Source: an uncultured Rhodobacteraceae bacterium (GTDB lineage: Bacteria > Pseudomonadota > Alphaproteobacteria > Rhodobacterales > Rhodobacteraceae). From it: 64,000 bases of DNA. How positions within the stretch are numbered: position 1 is the stretch's first letter; every line of letters begins with the position of its first letter. The stretch lies in contig CAKZXZ010000178.1 in assembly GCA_937883775.1 (NCBI GenBank), positions 22,223 through 86,222 on the forward strand. The letters run 5' to 3'. A program made the translations under genes and the position numbers. Shown here piece by piece: positions 56,863-64,000 of the stretch. The notes beneath the pieces are model-generated. The model did not search any database. It was not told the DNA's origin and was given only the letters and a program-made list of their open reading frames with translations.

Positions 56863-56913
56863 CAAATTCAACAACACGCCAAAGTTACAAGTCACTAACT
56901 TTCTTAGAAAAAA

Positions 56914-56990
56914 TGGCGCACCCGACAGGATTCGAACCTGTGACCTTCGGCTTCGGAGGCCGACACTCTATCCAGCTGAGCTACGGGTGC
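56914..56990 (-). tRNA. tRNA-Arg (anticodon CCG)
   Basis: Minus-strand GCACCCG-TA-GCTCAGCTGGATAGAGT-G-TCGGC-CTCCGAA-GCCGA-AGGTC-ACAGG-TTCGAAT-CCTGT-CGGGTGC-G-CCA. All four stems pair, and the 3' CCA is encoded. Confidence 0.9.
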
Positions 56991-57004
56991 ATACCGTTCG
57001 CGCG

Positions 57005-57024
57005 ATGCTTACGCCATGCTTACG
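57005..57024. repeat. TGCTTACGC x2 (right arm of inverted repeat bracketing tRNA-Arg)
   Basis: See 56843..56862. Confidence 0.6.
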
Positions 57025-57124
57025 CGAGATTTTTGGCTTCTTGAAGAGCGAATCCGATATCCGCTCAAGCCGTTGTTTAGTCACTTCTTTCTTCCAGCAC
57101 CTTTCGCCATCGCCAGACTTGACA

Positions 57125-57168
57125 TCCGCCTTCGGAGGGCAGCGCTCTATCCAGCTGAGCTATGGGAC
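57125..57168 (-). pseudogene. 5' half of a second tRNA-Arg(CCG)-like gene (no functional 3' half)
   Basis: GGTCCCA-TA-GCTCAGCTGGATAGAGC-G-CTGCC-CTCCGAA-GGCGG is a perfect acceptor-5'/D-arm/anticodon arm. The following ATGTCAAGTCTGGCGATGGCGAAAGGTGCTGG has no T-arm and no complement to GGTCCCA. Confidence 0.55.
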
Positions 57169-57215
57169 CGTCTGAATTTCTATAGCCGTGCCGCTTTAAC
57201 GCCGCAACGCACAAA

Positions 57216-58439
57216 TCACGAGAAAAGATCGTGGCACAGCTCAAGCGCATCGACCAATACGTCAACATCGTCGGTTGTGTTGTACATCGCAAAAGATGCA
57301 CGGCAGGTCGCGGGTATGCCCATATGCTCCATCAAAGGTTGCGCACAATGCTGCCCCGCCCGCACAGCAACGCCTTTTTTGTCAAGCACAGTCGAAATGT
57401 CATGGGCATGCGCAGCCCCTTCCAGCGTAAAGGAAAAGATCGCAGCCTTGTCGGCACTGCGCCCTTGAACCGATAGCCAATTCAACCCGTCAAGCTTGCT
57501 GCGCGCATAGTCTCGCAATGTGTCCTCGTAAGCTGCAATATTCTGCAGGCCAAGGCCCATCATATATTCAAGCGCGACGCCAAGACCGATCGTCTGAACG
57601 ATCCCTGGCGTTCCCGCTTCAAATTTCATCGGCGCGTCGTTGTAGATAACCTCGTCGCGATGCACATCGCGGATCATGTCACCGCCACCGATGAAAGGCT
57701 GCATCTCAGCCATGCGTTCCTTGCGCACGTAAATGGCGCCCGACCCGCTGGGCCCATAAAGCTTATGTCCGGTCACCGCATAAAAATCGACGCCCAGATC
57801 CTGCACATCGACCGGCATATGAACTGCAGCTTGGGAGCCATCGACCAGCACAGGCACACCCTTACTATGGGCCGCTTCAGCGATGGTTTTTACATCAACT
57901 TTGGTCCCCAACACATTGGAAAGATGGGAAATCGCCACAAGCTTGGTCTTGGGACCAATCGCGTCGATCACCTTTTGCGGATCCAGATCACCATTTGCGT
58001 CCACATCCACCCACTTCAGCACAACGCCCTGCCGCTCGCGCAGAAAATGCCATGGCACGATATTGGCGTGATGCTCCATGATCGACAAAACGATCTCATC
58101 ACCGGCTTCTAATCGTGGCATTGCCCAGCCATAGGCGACCATGTTGATCCCCTCGGTCGTGCCGGAATTCAGGATAATTTCATCCTCGGAGGCCGCATTC
58201 AGAAACTTTGCAACGACGCCCCGTACGCTTTCGTACTTTTCAGTCGCAACATTAGAAAGGTAATGCAAGCCTCTGTGAACATTAGAATATTCATGGCTGT
58301 AGGCATGACTAATTGCATCAATCACAACCTGTGGTTTTTGCGCCGATGCACCGCTGTCGAGATAGACCAGCGGCTTGCCGTTCACCTCGCGCGAAAGGAT
58401 TGGAAAATCGGCACGGACCGCGTTGACGTCAAAGCTCAT
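57216..58439 (-). CDS. sufS: cysteine desulfurase SufS
   Basis: FPILSREVNGKPLVYLDSGASAQKP...HKLYGPSGSGAIY (PLP Lys)...RAGQHCAQP (catalytic Cys). Confidence 0.9.
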   Translation of the reverse strand: MSFDVNAVRADFPILSREVNGKPLVYLDSGASAQKPQVVIDAISHAYSHEYSNVHRGLHYLSNVATEKYESVRGVVAKFLNAASEDEIILNSGTTEGINMVAYGWAMPRLEAGDEIVLSIMEHHANIVPWHFLRERQGVVLKWVDVDANGDLDPQKVIDAIGPKTKLVAISHLSNVLGTKVDVKTIAEAAHSKGVPVLVDGSQAAVHMPVDVQDLGVDFYAVTGHKLYGPSGSGAIYVRKERMAEMQPFIGGGDMIRDVHRDEVIYNDAPMKFEAGTPGIVQTIGLGVALEYMMGLGLQNIAAYEDTLRDYARSKLDGLNWLSVQGRSADKAAIFSFTLEGAAHAHDISTVLDKKGVAVRAGQHCAQPLMEHMGIPATCRASFAMYNTTDDVDVLVDALELCHDLFS

Positions 58440-59011
58440 GTGGTCGCCCCCGGTACGGAAATGCCCAAAATTGAAAAAATCATCCCAAGTCCCACTGACA
58501 AGCCCACAAGCGTCAAAAGCAGCAACACAGCCGCACGCGCGCGGGATTTGAAGTTATGCAGAACGTCGATGAAGTTAATCATCAGCCAAAGCGTGTAGCC
58601 AAAGGCCAGCAGGAATACGATACCCACCGCCCCGGGCGCCACCAACAGAACGATGTTCTGCATCGCCTGGATCAGCAACAAAACAACCTGCAGCCAGACC
58701 ATCAACACGATGGCGTCCGACAACTCTCCTGTCCCGCCAAAGGCGCGCCCCGCGTAATGCAAACCGATAGCAGTGCCCAGGATGACACCACCGATGGTGA
58801 TGGCCACCACACCGGGCGGCGGCCCCACGGTTTGCGGCACCAGCAATTGAAAAATGCCCGCCATAAGCGCGCTTAGCACCGCGACCGTGGCAACCATCAA
58901 AAAGAGCGCTGATCTTGGAACACCAAGGCTCAGCACCGCGTGGGCGCCTTCACGGGCGTCCTGAAATGTCAGGCGCAGCAAGGCAGAAAGTGTGTTGAGG
59001 GACAAATCCAT
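58436..59011 (-). CDS. Yip1-domain-like membrane protein
   Basis: 191 aa, about 5 TM helices. ATGA-type overlap with sufS. Confidence 0.55.
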   Translation of the reverse strand: MDLSLNTLSALLRLTFQDAREGAHAVLSLGVPRSALFLMVATVAVLSALMAGIFQLLVPQTVGPPPGVVAITIGGVILGTAIGLHYAGRAFGGTGELSDAIVLMVWLQVVLLLIQAMQNIVLLVAPGAVGIVFLLAFGYTLWLMINFIDVLHNFKSRARAAVLLLLTLVGLSVGLGMIFSILGISVPGATT

Positions 59012-59020
59012 ATGGCAGAC

Positions 59021-59524
59021 TTAGGGCGTCGCCACGTCCGGCTCAACCGCTGATTCAGCAACCCGCAGATTGATGAACCAGAAAGCGCCGAAAACAAGGA
59101 ACCATAGCAGACCAACAATCTGCAATTGCACACCGTCACCAACCAAACCAGCCACCAACCCATTCAACAACATCAGTGGGCTGGCCGCCAGAAACGACCA
59201 GAAAAGCGCAAGCCGCGCACCGTACCAGGTGCCCTTTCCGCCAAAGATCCGGGCAATGATATGCGTCACTGCAGCAATGCCGTAAAAGATAAGCGGCAGG
59301 AAAAAGAGACACGCAAACAAGGTGTTGGCCATCAAACCGGTTAGATCCTCACCCTGCAAATGTGCCTGACGCGACAGCTTGGGTAGCTGAAAAAGAAACG
59401 CCAGAAAGGCGCCTCCCATCAGGATCGCCAAGGCGCGATCTTCGCGCTGCCCATCTGCCAGTAACCGGCGCATCACCTGCGCCGGCTTGCGGTAGCTTTC
59501 ACGTATGTCGCGGGTGACCGGCAA
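59021..59524 (-). CDS. Yip1-domain membrane protein
   Basis: 167 aa, IRESYRKPAQVMRRLL... followed by 4-5 TM helices. Confidence 0.6.
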   Translation of the reverse strand: MPVTRDIRESYRKPAQVMRRLLADGQREDRALAILMGGAFLAFLFQLPKLSRQAHLQGEDLTGLMANTLFACLFFLPLIFYGIAAVTHIIARIFGGKGTWYGARLALFWSFLAASPLMLLNGLVAGLVGDGVQLQIVGLLWFLVFGAFWFINLRVAESAVEPDVATP

Positions 59525-59527
59525 GAC

Positions 59528-60814
59528 TTACCCGCGCCGCCGGGCCAGCCAGCCTTCAAGGCGGCTTAGGATGTCATCCGCGATGGCTTCGTCCTCGATC
59601 TCGTCGATGGCCTCGGCGAGAAAGGACAAGACCAGCAGATCCGTCGCAGGCCCTTCCGGCACACCGCGCGAGCGGAGGTAAAACAGCGCATCCTCATCAA
59701 TCGCGCCGGAGGTCGAACCGTGTGAGCACGCCACGTCATCGGCGTAAATCTCAAGCTCGGGCTTGGCAAGGAACTGGCTGTCATCGTCCAGCAAAAGCGA
59801 CTGACTGATCTGGTAGCCATCGGTCTTTTGCGCATCGGGCTGCACAAGGATCTTGCCTTGAAACACCCCTACAGCGCCGTTGCGCAGAACCTTCTTGAAC
59901 ACCTGACGGCTTTCGCAATTCACCGCATCATGAGTGATGAAAACCGTGTCGTCGTGATGAAAATCGCCGTCGCCAAGGGCGGCACCAGCTACATGGGCCT
60001 GTGCATCATCGCCGGTCAACTCAAGCACGACTTCATTACGCGTCAGGCGGCCATTAGCCGTCAAGGTGAAGCTTTTGAAAATGGATTCCGTGCCCAGACG
60101 CCCGAATATATGCGTGTTCGCACGGCGTTCATGGTCACGGCCCTGCGCCCGGACGTGATGAAACGCGCCCTTATCGGCGACGTCGACTTCCATCGCCTTG
60201 TTAAACCGCGCGGCGGCGGGGCCATTTTCCAGAACTGTCAGGTCTGCGCCTTCTTCGACACGGATCACGTGGTGCAGGATCGCATCGGATGTCGTGCTTT
60301 CGTGCTTGTAGATCAATGCGATGGGTTTGGAAGCCTGACCGGTGGCGCGGATGACAAGACCGTCGCTGGCATATGCCGTATTTAGCGCTGCGAGCGGACG
60401 TTCCACCGGGGTCTGACCACGGGCTTCAAGCACACCGTAAAGGTCTTTCGCCCAGTGGATATCCATCTCAAGGACATCCGCAAGACGCTCGATCTCGACC
60501 CCCTCAAGCGACAGATCATCGCTGGCGTCGGCATCAAAAACACCGTCCACGAAAACCACTTTGAGCCGATCAATACCATCATAAAGCGGCACTGAATCAT
60601 TGTCATGCAACGCAGCCTCGGGCGGGTTGGCCATCACCAGGTTCGCAGGATTGGTGTATTTCCAGTATTCATCGCGCGCTGTGGGCAGGCCCATGGCCTT
60701 GACCCGCGCCAAGGCGCTTTCACGGGCCGTGTTCGCCCAGACGCCACCATCCGACATTGTCATGTTGGCCAATCGCGCGTCCGTCGCGTCTTGGTTTAAA
60801 GCTGGTAAAACCAT
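59528..60814 (-). CDS. sufD: Fe-S cluster assembly protein SufD
   Basis: ..DEYWKYTN.. N-terminal region. C-terminal ..AKPELEIYADDVACSHGSTSGAIDEDALFYLRSRGV. Confidence 0.9.
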   Translation of the reverse strand: MVLPALNQDATDARLANMTMSDGGVWANTARESALARVKAMGLPTARDEYWKYTNPANLVMANPPEAALHDNDSVPLYDGIDRLKVVFVDGVFDADASDDLSLEGVEIERLADVLEMDIHWAKDLYGVLEARGQTPVERPLAALNTAYASDGLVIRATGQASKPIALIYKHESTTSDAILHHVIRVEEGADLTVLENGPAAARFNKAMEVDVADKGAFHHVRAQGRDHERRANTHIFGRLGTESIFKSFTLTANGRLTRNEVVLELTGDDAQAHVAGAALGDGDFHHDDTVFITHDAVNCESRQVFKKVLRNGAVGVFQGKILVQPDAQKTDGYQISQSLLLDDDSQFLAKPELEIYADDVACSHGSTSGAIDEDALFYLRSRGVPEGPATDLLVLSFLAEAIDEIEDEAIADDILSRLEGWLARRRG

Positions 60815-61569
60815 TAGGCCACCTCTGCCAGAATGTCGGCATACCCGTTGTTTTCAACTTCCAGCGCCAGCTCAGGGCCACCTGATTTCACGATGCGACC
60901 GTCCGCCATGATATGCACAACATCCGGCTTGATGTGATCGAGAAGACGCTGGTAATGCGTGATAACCAAAAAGGCGCGACCCTCGCTGCGCAGCGCATTC
61001 ACGCCTTCCGAGACCAGCTTCATCGCGTCCACATCCAGGCCCGAGTCAGTCTCGTCCAGAATGCACATCTTTGGCTCAAGCATCGCCATCTGGAGGATCT
61101 CATTGCGCTTTTTCTCACCGCCTGAAAAGCCGACATTGACCGGGCGCTTCAACATATCCGCATCAATCTTCAGGCTCTTTGCCTTTTCGCGCACGATCTT
61201 AAGGAAATCTCCGGCTGACAGTTCTTCTTCGCCCCGCGCCTTGCGCTGTGCATTCACAGCGGTGCGCAGAAAAGTCATATTGCCCACGCCCGGGATCTCG
61301 ATCGGGTATTGAAACGCAAGAAAAAGACCTGCGGCCGCACGCTCTTCGGGGTCCAGATCAAGAATATCTTCCCCTTCCAGCGTCGCCGCCCCGTCGGTGA
61401 CCTCGTACCCATCACGCCCTGACAACACGTAAGACAGGGTCGATTTGCCCGATCCGTTCGGCCCCATGATCGCATGTACGGTTCCCGGCTCCAAAGACAG
61501 GTCGACCCCTTTCAGGATCTGCTTGTCTTCTTCCTCAAGTTTGACGTGTAGGTTATTGATTTCCAACAT
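60814..61569 (-). CDS. sufC: Fe-S cluster assembly ATPase SufC
   Basis: MLEINNLHV...IMGPNGSGKSTL...GFSGGEKKRNEILQM...CILDETDSGLD. Confidence 0.95.
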   Translation of the reverse strand: MLEINNLHVKLEEEDKQILKGVDLSLEPGTVHAIMGPNGSGKSTLSYVLSGRDGYEVTDGAATLEGEDILDLDPEERAAAGLFLAFQYPIEIPGVGNMTFLRTAVNAQRKARGEEELSAGDFLKIVREKAKSLKIDADMLKRPVNVGFSGGEKKRNEILQMAMLEPKMCILDETDSGLDVDAMKLVSEGVNALRSEGRAFLVITHYQRLLDHIKPDVVHIMADGRIVKSGGPELALEVENNGYADILAEVA

Positions 61570-61586
61570 TTCTTTCGCTCCTCGGT

Positions 61587-62495
61587 TCAGCGGTGCCGCA
61601 TTTGGATAGGCAAGTTGTCAATATAGGTGTCGATATCGTTTGGATCGAAAGCATCGCGTTCGACCAGCAGATCCAGACACCGCAGGGCAAGATCAATGGA
61701 GTTGAAAACGCTATCGGCAAGCAGCGCCAAATGCGCGATCTGTGTGTCATCCATTCGTTCGGGATACGCGATATCGCGCACATAAATCGCATCCGCATCA
61801 ATCATCTGATTACGCGTGTAGGCCGGTTTCAGGCGTTCGATCCGCGATGAAATCAGCCGAAGGTTTGCACCCGGCAGGATCTTGTGCAGCATGAACCCCA
61901 TCAGCCGCAGTTGCTGGTCAACCGGACCCAGCATCGGCTCGTTCTCATACAGCTTGAAAAAGCGGACCTCAGGCATGATGACGACTGCACTCGACAGGGT
62001 TTTCATACCCCCTTCAAGGATCGCCAGCTCGGCGCCTTGCGTGTCCATCTTCAACATATCAGGTTTCGGCAGCGACTTGATCGAATCCAGCGACTTGGTC
62101 TTGATCTTGATCTTTTCTTTCACCTTCAAGGACGGGCCCCAATGGCCCAACGCCTTGATCTGGCGCAGATCAGGTTTGAACAGCGACGCCATCGAGCCGC
62201 CGACAGTGGCGTAAAACGTCCGCGAACTGCTCTTGCCGATTGCGTAAGGATGATAGCTTTCGTTTTCGCGCTTGTTCGCGATAAGCCGTCCAAACGCCTC
62301 TTCTCCGGGTTCGAACCCATGCACCTCTGCCAGACCGGCGTCGCGCAAGCCCGCATAGGCCGGCACGTTTGCGGGGTTCGCCCCTACGTCCATGATCCGC
62401 GTGTTCCGCGACAGGGCCAGACGATCGTAAAGAAACGCCGTATGAGGTGCGACCAGGCTCAGGTCCGGCATGGTCCTAACATCATCTGCAGGCAT
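61587..62495 (-). CDS. FkbM-family methyltransferase
   Basis: IMDVGANPANVPAYA...FEPGEEAF...MLKMDTQGAELAIL. Confidence 0.7.
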   Translation of the reverse strand: MPADDVRTMPDLSLVAPHTAFLYDRLALSRNTRIMDVGANPANVPAYAGLRDAGLAEVHGFEPGEEAFGRLIANKRENESYHPYAIGKSSSRTFYATVGGSMASLFKPDLRQIKALGHWGPSLKVKEKIKIKTKSLDSIKSLPKPDMLKMDTQGAELAILEGGMKTLSSAVVIMPEVRFFKLYENEPMLGPVDQQLRLMGFMLHKILPGANLRLISSRIERLKPAYTRNQMIDADAIYVRDIAYPERMDDTQIAHLALLADSVFNSIDLALRCLDLLVERDAFDPNDIDTYIDNLPIQMRHR

Positions 62496-62551
62496 GACAC
62501 CCGTCCTTCCGTGCGCGCAAAGCAGCGATATTTTTCGAAAAACAGCACATA

Positions 62552-62863
62552 TCAGATCGTCACAGCCGTGCCGGATGCCGACACCATCAACATCGAGTTT
62601 CCAACCACTTCGTAATCCAGATCGACGCCAACCACGGCATTCGCGCCCTTCTCGCGGGCGCGGTCTTCAAGTTCAGCCAGCGCAGTGTCACGGGCGTCTT
62701 GCAGCTTGCTTTCATAAACACCCGAGCGTCCGCCAACGATATCCGTGATTGAGGCAAAGACGTCGCGAACCACGTTGGCGCCCATGATCGCTTCCCCTAC
62801 GACCACGCCGTGATAGCTCTGGATCGGGCGCCCTTCCACACTGTTTGTCGTCGTTACAATCAT
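62552..62863 (-). CDS. YbjQ (UPF0145) family protein
   Basis: [48 protein letters not shown]...[11 protein letters not shown]. Confidence 0.85.
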   Translation of the reverse strand: MIVTTTNSVEGRPIQSYHGVVVGEAIMGANVVRDVFASITDIVGGRSGVYESKLQDARDTALAELEDRAREKGANAVVGVDLDYEVVGNSMLMVSASGTAVTI

Positions 62864-63033
62864 CTTCTACTCCAAAGGATCGAGGCAACAAGACTGCCCA
62901 AAAATCCCGATAATCCACTGACTGCCAACACAGCCAGCTCCGAGAACTCGATCGCAATAAGCTGGATGCCATAGGCGAAAGCGGCGCAAAACCCGCCCGT
63001 TGTCAGGGCCGATATCCAGACCGAGCGCCCCAT
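62860..63033 (-). CDS. small (57 aa) two-TM membrane protein
   Basis: Below the ORF-track length cut-off. Hand translation gives [61 protein letters not shown] overlap with the YbjQ gene. Confidence 0.4.
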   Translation of the reverse strand: MGRSVWISALTTGGFCAAFAYGIQLIAIEFSELAVLAVSGLSGFLGSLVASILWSRR

Positions 63034-63034
63034 C

Positions 63035-63256
63035 TCACCCAGCCTTGCGGCGTCGCACCAAACTCCCAGCGACCATCAGACCAAAGACGCCCATCACGAT
63101 GCCAAAGACACAAGCGGCCAGAAAGCCCACCTGCTCCACAAGCTGCATCAGAACAGCGCCGGCAGTCAGCACAAAGCCCAGAACCAGCGCAACGGCTAAG
63201 CCAAGCAACTTGTAACGCAGCGGCGCCGTCAGCCCATCAAGCAACGCGCGTTTCAT
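63035..63256 (-). CDS. small (73 aa) two-TM membrane protein
   Basis: ORF-track entry; hydrophobic and tightly packed within the operon. Confidence 0.5.
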   Translation of the reverse strand: MKRALLDGLTAPLRYKLLGLAVALVLGFVLTAGAVLMQLVEQVGFLAACVFGIVMGVFGLMVAGSLVRRRKAG

Positions 63257-63570
63257 GGCGATGTCTCACCGTTATCAGTTTGGCGCGCGGCCTCTTTCAC
63301 AACGTCAAGCAACCGAACCGTCAAAGCGCCCCAGCACAAGAAAAGTGCCAAGCCGATCAGCAATTCGCAGCGCTCTGCAAACCCTGCAAGAAACCAGCCT
63401 TCGGCTACCATTTCTGCCACGATTTCGTCATGCGCCATCGCAATAAGAAACACCATCAAATGCGCAAGTAGCAGCATGGTGATCTGCCGCGTGTCAGGAT
63501 CCATCCGGGACGGATGCCCGAAACGCGGCGCGATCACATTTGATTTCTTATTGCGAAATGCGTCGACCAT
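63253..63570 (-). CDS. small membrane protein
   Basis: Start at ATG 63570, a 1-nt overlap with the sufB stop (TAATG). [47 protein letters not shown]... Confidence 0.5.
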   Translation of the reverse strand: MVDAFRNKKSNVIAPRFGHPSRMDPDTRQITMLLLAHLMVFLIAMAHDEIVAEMVAEGWFLAGFAERCELLIGLALFLCWGALTVRLLDVVKEAARQTDNGETSP

Positions 63571-64000
63571 TAGCCCACAGAGCCTTCCAGCGAAATCGCA
63601 ACAAGCGCTTGGGCTTCCATCGCGAACTCCATCGGCAGAGCTTGCAGGACTTCCTTGCAGAAGCCGTTGACGACGAGGGCGACAGCCTCTTCTTCGTCCA
63701 TGCCGCGTTGGCGGCAATAGAACATCTGGTCGTCATCCACTTTCGAGGTGGTCGCCTCATGCTCAACCCGAGACGAGTTATTCTTCACTTCGATGTAAGG
63801 CACCGTATGCGCGCCGCATTTATCGCCGATCAAAAGGCTGTCGCATTGGGTATAGTTGCGACTTTCCTTGGCCTTGGGGTGCATCGACACGAGGCCACGA
63901 TAGGTGTTCTGCGCTTTGCCCGCACTGATGCCCTTGGACACGATCCGCGACTTGGTGTTTTTGCCCAGATGCACCATCTTCGTGCCGGTGTCGGCCTGCT
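63570..64000 (-). CDS. sufB: Fe-S cluster assembly protein SufB (C-terminal part; 5' end outside window)
   Basis: ..[25 protein letters not shown]...[21 protein letters not shown]...[36 protein letters not shown]. Confidence 0.9.
   Translation of the reverse strand, partial: QADTGTKMVHLGKNTKSRIVSKGISAGKAQNTYRGLVSMHPKAKESRNYTQCDSLLIGDKCGAHTVPYIEVKNNSSRVEHEATTSKVDDDQMFYCRQRGMDEEEAVALVVNGFCKEVLQALPMEFAMEAQALVAISLEGSVG

Overview
64-kb alphaproteobacterial chromosomal window. It is probably Rhodobacterales, but that is inferred only from protein flavour and the suf-operon layout. There are three blocks. (i) 1-7.3 kb holds accessory genes that are mostly exported or stress-type: two coupled exported unknowns, DoxX, a secreted double AhpD/CMD-like protein with thrombospondin-type-3 Ca-binding repeats, a secreted SnoaL-like protein, a secreted epoxide-hydrolase-like alpha/beta hydrolase, and a LysR regulator. 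(ii) About 8.7-31.4 kb is a complete conjugation backbone of the ICEMlSymR7A type. It runs DUF736, XRE/QseC-like, small DUF2285/QseM-like, an FseA-like activator split over two frames, RdfS-like excisionase, DUF2840, TraF, lytic transglycosylase, DUF3363 relaxase, TraG, CopG, TrbB-C-D-E-J-K(alt)-L-F-G-I and DUF2274. A 3.8-kb lower-GC insertion interrupts it between copG and trbB. About 25 kb of apparent cargo follows (31.4-56.9 kb): an aldehyde/electrophile detox operon, one canonical and one degenerate Dps, GST, isochorismatase, LtrA, six AraC-family genes (including a 4-gene overlapping tandem array), a pseudogene graveyard, and a six-gene operon of mostly Tat/Sec-exported oxidoreductases. 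The cargo ends at a tRNA-Arg(CCG) gene with a half-tRNA remnant beside it. (iii) 57.2-64 kb is the core suf Fe-S assembly operon (sufB...sufC-sufD...sufS) interleaved with small membrane proteins. I saw no integrase, transposase, CRISPR array or rRNA. The most interesting items are the putative +1 frameshift in the FseA-like gene, the integrase-less ICE, the exported NAD(P)-oxidoreductase operon, the overlapping AraC array, and the scarred tRNA-Arg locus. All functional calls rest on motif and family recognition by eye; no searches were run.
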